This document shows, one piece after another, positions 52,410-64,000 of a DNA stretch of 64,000 nt. Every line of letters begins with the position of its first letter. Position 1 is the first letter of the stretch. Position numbers and translations under genes: made by a program. The stretch comes from Marsupella aquatica (Eukaryota; Plantae; Marchantiophyta): contig OZ316893.1 in NCBI GenBank assembly GCA_973895155.1, positions 23,954,015 through 24,018,014 on the forward strand, in the 5' to 3' direction. Under the pieces are notes generated by a model. That model saw only the letters and a list, made by a program, of their open reading frames with translations. It was not told the origin of the DNA and ran no database searches.

Positions 52410-55400
52410 TCTAGTTTGTTAATTACTCCGAGCTTGTGTTTGGCGGCCTGCCCTAGAAAGCGACTATCTTCCAAAATTACTCCCCGACGCGGAAAAAATC
52501 AACGACACCGCGGCCCTTCATCACGAATTCCCAGTTTGAAAACCTTCCTCAAAATACTCCAGTACAGATTTGAACATCGTCGACCTGAAATCAAATTTGT
52601 CTGGGGCCAAATCCTGCTCGTTATCTGTCGTGATGACTAACTGACTGAATAAAAGAATGGCTGAGATCCTAAATTAGTCACGCCTCCATTCCAGCAAACT
52701 GATATATATCCATCACACCAACAACCTGGGACAGGCTGCCTGCTGGAAGCTCGAGGCCAGCCAGCCTTTGAAGCCACTGTCTTGAGTAATGTGGTACTCA
52801 AATAGACCATCGTCATGTCAACTAATGAAATCCAAAAGCAATCTTAGAAACGTAAATGGAATCTGCCACCAAAGAACTTGTAAACCGTTGCACGAGAGAT
52901 ATCGCCATCGATCTTCCGTTCATTGCGGTTACATCAGGGACAGTTCAATGCCTTCTGAGCGATGACAACAGGCTTCGAAACCGTCGGATGGATTGACTCG
53001 CACCGCGCAGTAGGAGTCTATGATCGAGTCTGAAACTCGTACTCGCATATAGGCCACAGGTGAGTAGCAGGTTTCTCAACTTTTTGCTGCTAGCTTGCTT
53101 CGTCGCTGTCAGGAGATGCACATATCCTTCAGACTACATATTAATTTGACTATGCTATTGAAAGCACGGTCCCGGAGAGCTGAACCTCAGTCTGCTTCGT
53201 GGGGATACCATTTGCTTTTGGATTGTTTGGCTCGGTAGCCCTCACTGACCAGGGACTAGTCCTGGCCAGCATCCTGATACAAGAGAGTGGAGCTCTTCAA
53301 TTCCTTCGAATGCCTCTCGCTCGGGCTTGCACCTTGCCATGCATTGCAATTCATCCATTGCATATATCACGTGCAAGAGCTGTAGCTACCGGTCGGTAGT
53401 ACCTTTCCCATGCATCTCCATCCTCCTCAAAGACCGCCCCTAGCTTGCCCCCGAGCTCGCCCCCGGCTCGCCTGACTACTGTACAAGCAGGACCATACAA
53501 CAGGACCCAAAGTCGATGATTGTTGCGTGCACTTAGGAGTGCCAAATGGTACAAGGCTCATCATGAAGTATGGGCTCCGGGATGAGCTCTCAACCCACCA
53601 GAAGTTGATTGTCAGAGAGAGCTAGCTGAGCGGTCCCACTGAAGGATCTGTACAAGAGCCTCAGTCCCTAGAGCTTGCACAAACGTTGCTAAGCACTGTA
53701 CCGTACCCAAAGGCCACGGTGCATGGGTTCGATCCGCTTTAATTATGGAGAAATGAAGGTTGGATTTTGTAAGGCAAAAGACGCCAAATGAGGTGGAAGC
53801 TGGACCTCGTCATCCGCCTCGCTTGCCTCCAGGTCCGGTATAGAAACTGGCCATGTCATTCGAGCGATCGTGGTCGATAGATTGACCGCCAAGAACAGCC
53901 AGTGACCATGCATGCTCCCCAATTGATGCATCGATCGATCTAGCTTGCAGAGCGAGCGCAATTGAAGTACAGGTTCGCCATTATGCAATGCAAATTGAAA
54001 TTACTTTTGGCTGGGATCAGCCTAGAGTGAAGCATGTCGTCTGTAGTTCAATTAGAATATCGAACTCAGCCCAGGCCACCGAATACGATTTGAAGCGCAG
54101 GACCGGCGGCGCTTTCTCATGCATGTCAAGCTATGATCTCTGAAAGTCCAGATTGCATCCCTCCGAGTACTCTAAAGACTCTTTCGTGCATGCTTCAAAC
54201 TAAAGTAAAACGAATGATAACTCGGCTGAATACTTCCTTCAACGAATTCTCAACGAATTCTCCCGTGCGTTGTCTTCCGCGATTGGAGGCGTGCATCTCT
54301 CAAAAAGCGAGTCCACCAGCGCATATATTCCACAGATCTAAAATAATGGAGGGATCTCGACGCTGGCAGCACCCACAATGTTGAGCCAGGGAGGAATTGC
54401 GGGGTGTAGTCATTACGTGCAGCTCCTGAGGTGATTCTGGTGGCTGGCTGAACAGAAATGCTTGCTGCAGTGATTATTTAGCGATCCGGAAGATCCTCAA
54501 TAGGCAGCCACCATAAGATCTAGGCGACGAGCTTCGACATTCTTAGTCAGATGCAGGTAATTGTAGGTAAAAAGGCTTTGCAAGACGTGCATCACATTAA
54601 CTAGCTCCAGCGACACAGTCTGAAGGGAACTCAGATCTTGAACAACAAAGTCATCCTTCGTCGCATTCTCTCGTCTCCGCTCCACTTTCCTGTCGAGATG
54701 CATGGAACGTGCAGGTCTTATTTGCTCTGCATGGTCGAACGTGGCATGGATTCTTTTTGTCTGTGACGGTGTTGTTGTGACAGTCACTAGATCCACCGTT
54801 TGTGCCATGCAAGATAACTATGTCGCACAGATTTGTGTGCAGTTTGGTGGACTGTACTTAGCTCCACTTCAATGTGGGGATCTCTGATTTCAATCCCTTG
54901 CCTAACTAAGGTACTTTAGTAAGAGTCGTCTTGCATGCCAAACTAAGGAACTTAAAGTTTATGTCTAACTAAGGTACTTTAGGGCTATGTGCATGTAGAA
55001 GGTCCTAAAACATAGGTTTTAAGTGAATCTGTTGCACTCTATGAGTGAACTAGCTAGGCATTCATGTTTCAACCTCTCAACCCTTACTCTGACATTCATG
55101 TCTCAACGTGTAAATCCCTTCCTAGCCTAAGGCAGCATTAATTTCAGCATATTCAATGGCAAAAAATGATGCAAACAATAGTATTCCTAACTATACAAAG
55201 GCAATGAAAAGCTACTCGCATGCCTATTGTCTAGACTCGGGGAGTTCACTTCAAATACACGGAATTAACACATCATGTGCGACGAAATATAAACCCATTT
55301 AAACAAATGTGACAGAATACTTCCAAAATTTGATGGAAAAACATATAAGACATGTTTTATTACTGGACAACTTTAAAGAACACATAAGCCTATTTAATTG

Positions 55401-55820
55401 TAAAAAATAAATATTTTACCAAAAAATATTTATCACTTATAAGTCAGGGAGGTCAAACCCTTAAACATAGCATGCAATGTATGGTCCTCCATATTGACCC
55501 TGGGGCATAAAATTGGGGGTGCAAGTAGAAAAAAGGATTGGGGCAGGTCATTGATGAACTTAACTAATTAAAAGGGAATTTTTGTATTGCAAAGTCTGTT
55601 TGGTCCTCACCCCTATTTGGGTTTTAAGAAGGGTTAGCGTAAGGCTCAATGAAAAGTTACTCTTAGAGCCTAGTGTGTAGAGTGAAGACTCTAGACTATG
55701 ACTTTAAATTCAGGGCTATGAGTCCCTGTTAAGTCGTTTATGACTTCCGCACTCGCTGCCAGCCGGATGCTGCTCGAAGTGTGAACTTTATTCCAAAGAA
55801 AGAGTCAATGCTTTCATCGA

Positions 55821-55900
55821 GCAGACCCTGGCCTCGTGGTAGACCACTGTCTTGAGTTATATAGGAGACGGGAGGTGAGGAGTTTGAATCCCTGCAGACG
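55821..55900 (+). mobile_element. tRNA-like head (A/B boxes), possibly a second SINE family or tRNA pseudogene
   Basis: tggcctcgtggtag ... gaggtgaggagtttgaatccc; no clean cloverleaf or TSD found. Confidence 0.35.
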
Positions 55901-57780
55901 CCCTAGGTACTTTGTACACTAACCCCAGGTTCAAACAAAGCTAGTTATACACGGAAAAACATGATCATTGTCCAGATTTCTGGGCAGCAGGCAGGCAGCC
56001 GAGTCCGGACTTCATTAATGACAATCCAGGGCCTAGTCTCCCTTGATGACTTTGAGACATAACTGAAAGTGGGGTTGCAGGGGAAAAACTGGTATGGAGA
56101 GCAAGTCATTGAACATTAGGGAATCCCTTTTTGGGGGTTTTTGGGAATGGTTTTTTTTTGTCCTCACAGTCTATTTAAAATTAGCTCTAGGACGCCTTGG
56201 TTATTTAAGTCTGATGTCATTCAACAATAAAGTTAGAGCACATGAAAAATTGCATACTGGACTAACTTTGAATATGGAGATGAGGGGAAAAAAGAGTAAA
56301 CTTTTCATGGTAGTAGTCCATGAACAAGGTTCCTTTAGTACTCCTATGTCCTAGAGGCCATGCAAACTGTGCTATAGAAGATGTAGGGTTTCTCACATTC
56401 TTTTGGTATTCTTTTATCCATAGTAGCCAAAGGGTTTTTTTTATGTTCCCTTGGTGTTTGTTTGTCCATAGTAGCCGAAGGGTTTCTGACACTACCTTGG
56501 TAAATGTTACAGTAATTGAAGAGTTTCTTTCTACCCATGGTTATTCCAAAATTTAATACTTAAATAGAAAATTGATACAATCTACTAGAAAACACTGATA
56601 TATCAATCACAATCCATCCAAAGGTTATTTTCTTTTCTTTCTTTGTTTGAAAAGTTACTTTTTAGTTTTTGATTGTTTGTACAATTACAAGGTCTAACTG
56701 TTTTTTTTTACTTGTCTCAAACACACATATCCTTGTTTGATACTTTTTTAACCTTTCTTGTTTGTGACCAATAGTGCCGATGTGGCAACACATGCTTCTA
56801 GGGATTTTGGAAAGAGCTTCCCATGGGGGTCCATAAATAACTAATGAGTAGTCAGGCTAGTCTATATAGTGACCAACCTTGGCCAGTATCATCACTCCAA
56901 CTCCTTATGACATAGGTCTTTATCTCTTATTTTTTCCCCTCTTTCTAGGTTTCTGAAGTATACATTTGCCCTCTTCTTTGGAGTTTGTTGTCGTTCTTTA
57001 TGGACCTCTATGCTTTTACTTCATTGTACATTGTTTGGCCCTTTCAGTAAATTGGCCCTTTTTTATTCACTTTTATGATGTACAAATCATCTTGATATCA
57101 TCACAAATTGTTAAACAGGTAGTCTACCAGTGTTTCATTTCAAGCAACTTAATAGAGCTAGAATAGTCCCATTTTCTGAAAAACGTAAGTCTCCCAACTC
57201 AATTCAAAAGGTTGACTAGCTGTTCTATCTATTGTTAGCATAAGGTATGACCAATTCAATCTTTCCCTCTGCAAAAGTGTGTTGTTACAAAAAACATTTC
57301 TGTCCAAAAATGTTGTCATTGCACAAATTGTATGGTACTGAATGTAGAAGTTAACCCAAAAGAAGTTGATGAGGGTGTCAAAGGGCAAGGAGAGCTGGGC
57401 AACCCTTTGGGCAAGAGCTTTGGCGAGAATTGGGCCAAGAGAATTGGATCAGAATGTTTTTTGGACAGTAGATTGTTTGCCTCACGATTGTTTTTCAGGA
57501 GGTCAAAGTGCTGGGCACAAAAAAATGATCCCTTAAATTCTCCTCCTTTTTTCCTGCTTCTGTTTTCTCCTTTTTCTTCACCCACCTTTGTCCCCTTTCC
57601 CTCCTCTTAATCCGGGCCAGACTTTTTCCCTTTCCCACCAAAAACGGTTTTGTAAAGAGACAATGATGGGCAGGATTGAATATTATAGTATTTAACTAGG
57701 TATAGATATAAGGAACAGTGCATGATGTGCATGGTTGAGAAAGTACATGGTTCTGTTTGCATTCTTTTCATGCAAGGGCC

Positions 57781-58070
57781 CATGTGACTTGGGGCCTCAC
57801 TCCAAGGGGGGTCCTGTACCCGGGCCTATATATACACTCAACCGCCATGGGTAATGAAAATAAGAAAAAATCTTAAGTATTTTTCTACCTTAACTGTTTA
57901 TTTGATTCAATGAAAAACCCTATAATTCTTGTAATTTTCAAAATTGGATTAGAACTCGCCTAGTGATCTTCCACCTAAATTTATAATCTTCCACTAAACC
58001 AAAGCCCTAATATACTTATCCATGCATGAGGGGGAGGAGTGGAATAAGTGAGGACCCCAGGTCATGTGAT
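57781..58070. mobile_element. MITE-like inverted-repeat element
   Basis: catgtgacttggggcctcact and agtgaggaccccaggtcatgtg flank an AT-rich core. Confidence 0.4.
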
Positions 58071-58088
58071 GGGTACTTGGGATGGCTG

Positions 58089-58314
58089 CATGTTTTGTGG
58101 GTTCCCTTTGGGTGCCCCATACGCCATGTGGGTAATTAAAGCTTAATTTTCATCTTCAAGTCACTACACTGTTCACCCTTACTTAGTGTTACTCTCAAAG
58201 ATTACATGTTTTGTGGGTTCCCTTTAAGTTGCGCCATACACAATGTGGGTAAAACTTAATTTTCATCTTCAATTAATTACACTGTTCACCTTAATTAGTG
58301 TTACTCCACTGATT
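58089..58314. repeat. ~116-bp tandem duplication
   Basis: catgttttgtgggttcccttt...cttaattttcatcttcaa...tacactgttcacc...ttagtgttactc x2. Confidence 0.85.
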
Positions 58315-58788
58315 ATTGAGCGGAAAGTTTTGGAGACCCATGAATTATTGTTAATAATTCAAATTGTTAATAATTATTTATGTTACTCGTATAAATAATT
58401 CCTGGCACATGAAATAGTGGGAAGAAACTATTTTGCAAAAGACACAAGTATCTCCCATCTTCTCCAAATTCCTAGACCCCAACTTGTACTAGAAGACTTT
58501 AACTGTCTAGTCTTTTATTGGCATAAGAACTTCCATTTCATGCCAGGTCTCCGTGCTTCAGACTGTGGTATTAGTGGGTGTTGTACTTTGGGATTTCTAA
58601 TCAGGCCCGTTCCTTGGTTGGAGGTTCTTTATTTCAATGTTGGGGCATCTAACATTGACATGTCAGTAAGTGGCCAGGCTGTCCACTCAACAACCATCAC
58701 TTATAATCTTCTCAATCATCTAAGAAGGATTACTAAGGTGGGCCAACAATCTTACAAGGCTTACAAAGTTTTGTCCAAACATGTTTTC

Positions 58789-59148
58789 AGTTGAGTAAAT
58801 TCGAGCCCTACTCAAAGATTGCAACATGCACATGTGCAACATCCAACAAAGACAAAAGTAATTGACAAAAGATACGGGAAAAGATATACATGGTTCACTT
58901 CACCAAATGTTACCTCCATGAGAATGCACAAAATAGCTTTATTGAACTCTAAGCCCGTTGGTCATACCGAGTCTCGACATATTTAGCTCTCCCTACCTCT
59001 TACCAGATGTATCCATAACAATGAGCCTAAGTTTCACTCACAAACTAGATGCTAGTGAATGTTATGGTGGCACATCTAATCTTAAGTACCTGGGAGTGAG
59101 TAACTGTGCTTAAATAGTAACTCTAGACTTTAGAGTAAATGCCTAAGA
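58789..59148 (-). mobile_element. Copia solo LTR (360 bp), inverted, diverged
   Basis: 5-bp TSD ttttc (58784-58788, 59149-59153); reverse complement aligns with 60098-60441 (gtg.aacttagg.tcattgtta.gga, agagt..a.taaagct, gtgaacca.gtat); terminal dinucleotides mutated. Confidence 0.75.
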
Positions 59149-60097
59149 TTTTCATCCTCACTATTTTCCATATATAGCATGCTCATCCTGGAACATGCTT
59201 CATTTTTTGTTTTTTAGTGATATACAGATGTTCTAATTAAAATATAAACAGGACATTGACTAGGAAGACGTACAACCTATGATATTGAAACTTGTGCACA
59301 TAAGGTACAAAAATAAAAATGCACATGTAAAGAAAAATAATAATGAACAGGAAAGTTTAAGTTTATGGTATTGGGATGTGCACATAATGTACGTAAGTAG
59401 AGATACTTATGTACTTACTTTAGGTAATGACACTCAAAATAGTTAAAACCATAAATTTAGTACACAGAACCATGAGTAGTACTTAAAGACATAAGGTGTG
59501 CACATTAGTTAGATCATTTCTTTTGTACTCATGAGAATAAGGGCTAGAAATTCAACGAGCTTTGTTAGAGGGTGGATGATCTTAAAACATAGCAAAGATT
59601 TTAAAAAATTAGAGGGGTGCCAGAATAAATTGGAAATCTAAACTATACAAGGGATGCACCTTGGTAAGACACATTGAAATAAACATGCATAACAAAAGAA
59701 GTTTGAATAAGACAAAATACTGAAAGTTGCATTCACCATATAGCACCTTCAAAAAAATCCACACACTCAACTCTTTGTGCAGATCCATGCATTGCATGGG
59801 CGATCACACAGGCCATCACATTGGCCTCTTGCCTCCTCATCATTTGATGCATAACTGCTGCTTCCCTCCCAACAAATCCTTATAGCCCTCATTCATCTCT
59901 AATTGTTTTTCTTATAACTTCAACAAATTGGCTGAGCAACTTTCATCCAGCACTGCTTGTGTATGGCATAGGCATAGTACTGTATGATATACCGTAAAAA
60001 TGCCCAAACTCAAAGATTCTCTGACCTTGTGGAGCTATAATTTGTGAATGATGGAATCTCTCCATCCCAAACCGAGATCTGAGTACCCAGTAATTTG

Positions 60098-63000
60098 TGT
60101 TAGATATTGCTCTAGTCTTGTGACTCATGAGCTAACTACAGTTAGGCTAACTCGGGTTAGGACTTAGCTAATGTTAGTGGTAGTGCTGTTGTGCATATAG
60201 CCAGGGCTGATGCCAGACCCCGGTGGAACTTAGGTTCATTGTTACGGAGCCAGTTGAAAGATAGGGAGAGCTTGTGCTGTGGATGCTTGGTATGGCCGGT
60301 CGACCTAGAGTGCAGTAAAGCTCTTGTGTGTTCCCGTGGACGTAGCCTCATGTGGAGGTGAACCACGTATCTCTCTGTGTCGACTCTTGTGCGTTGGATG
60401 GTTCATGGGCTTGCCGTTGCAAATGTCGTCTATGCTCAACAAGTGGTATCAGAGCATGCCTGGGAGGTGACAAAGTTTTTTCGTGACAGGTTTTTCCAGC
60501 GTTCACTGTCGGTGGCACATTCGGAGTTTCGTCGCATGAAACTCGAATGTGTGTGGCTGAGCGGATAGGTTAGTGAGAGGGCTTTCTAATGGTGGTTAGA
60601 ACTCGCTGATCGGTATCCGTGGTGCGGAGGAATTCAAATTTGCGTCGTTCAGGTTTTATTCGTGTTTGACGGCTTTTCAGGGGAGAGACCAGAGATCACG
60701 TTCTTCAACGGTGTGAGCTGTGCGGTGCGGGAGGGATCGCACATTATAGCTCAGGTTGACGGTTGAAGCGAGCTGGTCATTTCGGTAGCTGGATTGCTAC
60801 CGAGTTATTACCAAGTGCAACGTGACGAGTGACGGAGACGTTCAGGTTTTTTCACAAGCTATGGAGCTTGTTCACATCTGAACCGGGTTTCTCTTCGTGA
60901 AGTCCGACTCGGTGGAAGGAACGTGAAGTGTTACGGCTCAACGGTTTGATCGTGGCAAGGCGGTCGTTTTGAGCCCGGGATTGACACTTGACGCGGACTG
61001 AAGGCGACACGGCGGAATTTTTTTTCTCTGCTGGAGCTGTAGTCTGTGCCGATGCAATTCGAAACTTTTTCCGTCGGCGGCGTTCACTTTCTTTGTTTCA
61101 AACAGCGGCAATTGATGTGAGTAATTTCTGTTTCACTTTAGGGGGAGTTTTTTGCCATTTTAGGGGGGGTTTTGGGGTTACTTTTACACACCTCGTATCG
61201 GGCCCCACTCTTTTTTCCCGGCCGGCCGTGTATTCGACTCCCCGCCCCTCACACCCCGATTAAGACGGCAGCGGTGAGCTACGCAGCGCCGGCCGGCGTG
61301 TTTGCAGCCGCCCTGCTGCTGGCCGCCCCCCCCCCCCTTCAAGCCTTTTTTTCCTCCCGCGCACCCTCCCCGCGCCCCGGCCCTCGCCCTCCTCGCCCAT
61401 CGCGATTTCTCCCCGGCCCTTCGCGCAACCTTTGGCAGCCGGCGCCCGCGAAATCCCCCGCCTTCCCACCCACTTACTTGCCCTCTATGCCCCCGCGCCC
61501 GGCTGCCTGCCGGACACCTCACCCTCTGCCTGCATAAGTAAGTCGGGGGGCTCCCTCCGGCCGCGCCCTGCCATCCTCCTCTCGCCCGTCCCCGTACTCT
61601 GCCATACGCAGTCGCCTACGTACCCCGGCCATACACCCTTTCTATACCCTGCCTGGCCCGCCTCGCGTATGCGCGACGCCGATGCGTGTATTTTAAGGCA
61701 TATATTTTTTTGTTAAGGGGCTTTAGCACCCCCTTTAGGGCGCTTTTAATAGCATTTTTTTCCTCCCTCTTGTTTAACTTGGTGTCGGGACCTGCCGCCC
61801 TCCGTTTTAACTGCTTGGACAGGGGGAACGGCCCCCTGTGAGCCCTATCGGACTGTGCGAGAATATTCCCGAAAACATAGAGCTATTTTTTGGCCGTCCA
61901 ACAAAGATTCTGTCCGTCGAACGGTAACTTTTTTGGTTCTTTTTCGGCGAGGACGTTGCCACTGGAGTTAGCAACGCGGCGCACCAATCACATTGCGATT
62001 CTGACGACGGGTTATACTTGGTATTTTGGTTATTCTCCAAGGTGGTCAAAACGGGGGAGTTTCCCAAGGTTTTACCCACCCCAACCAAAATTTTGAGTAA
62101 CTTTTCTGTCGAATTTTGATTTTGATTTCGGCTTTCAGTATTGGACTCCTAGCTTCGTGGGCTATGCGGCGGTGTTGAGTTTTGAGTTTTATGAGAAGTT
62201 TCAAAAAAAGACTTTTTTTGTGATTGTTTCATATGAGTGACTCGGAGGATATTGGAAGAATTGGCGTCGGTGGAGCTTCAGGATCACGACGATCAGACGG
62301 TGAATCTGAAGAGGAGCTGCTATCATTTGAGGAGGAACTAGTGACACCGGTACAATCACCGATGCGGCGTGCAGTGGAGGAAGCTGTTCTACTACCAGAG
62401 CTATCAATAGTAGGGAAGAAGAGGGAGATGGCTAGATTTGGAAGAGTAAAGTTTGAGGTGGAGAAGTACGATGGTCGTACTGATTACTTGCTCTGGAAGA
62501 AGCAAGTGAAGGGTGTTCTACGGGCCATGGGCTTAGCTCATCTGCTTTCATCGCAAGAGCAGTATGATGGAGAGAAGGAGATTTCTATGAGACAGTGGAG
62601 ACAGGAGCAGGTGATTGCTGTCAATGCAGTGATGCTATATCTCAAGCCGCACATCATCAAGCAGGTGGATGATTATGCGGATTGCGCGTCACTGTTCAAG
62701 GCTCTAAGAGAGAAGTACTACCGGGAAGATGTGTCAGACCGGCTGTACAAGAAGTCTCTCTTGATGAGCCTCAGACTCAAGGAAGGGAGCAAGATGCAGG
62801 ATCACCTGGATGAATTTGACAGTCTAGCGGTGGATCTGTCAAACCTAGGAAAAGGAGTTGAAGATGAGGATAAGGCCTTGCTTCTGCTAAGCTTCTTATC
62901 GCCGTCTTATTAGGGCTTGAAATAGGTTCTCTTGTACAGAGATTTGAAGTCCATTTCGTATAATGAGGTGGTGAGCTCTTTACTGTCTGATGATGCTCAG

Positions 63001-64000
63001 AAGAAGCTGGGTCAATCATAGACAGCATCTTCTTCTGGCACTGCGCTCAATGTGAACAGGGAAAGAGCAGCGCAGCTCACAAATGGGCAGAACAGGTTTA
63101 GATCTACATCACGGGGGAGATCTAAATCCAGAGGGAAATCGCAAGAGAGGAAGCCTCTTGCATGTTGGAATTGTGGCAAGCCTGGCCACATGAAAAGAGA
63201 TTATCGAGTAAAGGTCCCTACTGCATCTGCTAACTCGGCATCGAGCTCGCATGAGGTAGATTTACTCGATGATGATGACATATTGTGATGCCAAGGTTAT
63301 GCTCTTAACGTAGTGTCCAATCCAGGTAGTGATGACTGGATTCTAGATAGTGCATATACTTTTCACATTTGCTCTAGGAGAGATTTTTCAGTTCTTACAC
63401 GGTTTCCAACGGGTCAGTGTTGATGGGAAATGGAATCCCATGTCAAGTTGTTGGACTTGGATCTGTAAGATTTCAGATGTTTGATAGTGCTGTGAGAACG
63501 TTGAGGAATGTGAGACATATTCCCAGCATGATGAAAAATCTCATTTCACTTGGAGTTTTAGAAGCAAATGGCCATCAGTGGAGTTCTGCTAATGGTGTCC
63601 TTCAGGTTTCAACTGATACTAAAGTTGTATTGAAGGGAAAGAGACATTGCAATCTTTACGTTTTGGAGGGCAGTGTAATTTGTGATGAAGCCAATGTAAC
63701 CTTATCTCATGAGGAGACGGCCCGGCTGTGGCACTTCCGTTTGGGCCACATGAGTGAAAAGGGTTTGGCTATTCTTCACAAGAAAGGATTACTTTCTAAT
63801 TTGCTATCTTGTAAGTTGGAATTTTGTGAGCACTGTGTGCTAGGGAAGTAACACAGAAAACCCTTTGGAGTTGGAACTCACACTGTCAGCAAGGAGGTAC
63901 TTGAGTATATACATAGTGATGTGTGGGGTCCAGCCCCTACTCCCTCACATTTTGGACGGTTATACTATGTCACGTTCATAGACGATTACTCAAGGTATGT
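60098..64000 (+). mobile_element. Ty1/Copia LTR retrotransposon (5' LTR 60098-60441, PBS 60444-60455, disabled gag-pol from 62233), running off the window
   Basis: tgtt...aaca LTR; tRNA-iMet PBS tggtatcagagc; gag (KFEVEKYDG...W, UBN2-like), zinc knuckle CWNCGKPGH, protease WILDS, GAG-pre-integrase LWHFRLGHMSE..C..C, integrase YIHSDVWGP..YYVTFIDDYSR. Confidence 0.95.
62233..64000 (+). pseudogene. Copia gag-pol polyprotein, disabled
   Basis: Stops at 62911, about 63019, 63286 and 63849; frameshift at about 63385; knuckle C-to-Y change. Confidence 0.9.

Noticed and set aside
61172-61716. Overlapping Pro/Ala/Gly-rich ORFs
   Set aside because: Expected from the low stop frequency of a very GC-rich retrotransposon leader.

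Overview
Eukaryotic, land-plant-like nuclear DNA with GT-AG introns (a non-seed plant is my guess, not shown). A gene island at about 20-52 kb sits between transposon-rich flanks. Three intact genes were assembled by hand from splice sites and exon phases: a 4-exon RDR1/RDR2-type RNA-dependent RNA polymerase (25280-29823 +, 1161 aa, DLDGD motif in an exon missing from the ORF track); a 14-exon, about 1493-aa coiled-coil protein with three ~147-aa repeats and an unrecognised C-terminal domain (33077-42868 +); and a 2-exon family-92 (DUF23) glycosyltransferase (48439-52409 -). The RDR is flanked by two minus-strand, phase-coherent exon chains of unknown identity. The upstream chain has roughly one in-frame stop per exon but keeps its splice sites and frame. 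Mobile DNA includes a decayed Ty1/Copia element at the right end, two related solo LTRs with 5-bp TSDs, a three-copy tRNA-derived SINE family, a Tourist MITE, a 1.6-kb TA-flanked Stowaway/mariner-like element with overlapping hairpins, an L1 remnant and several tandem repeats. No database searches were run; all homology calls come from recognised motifs.
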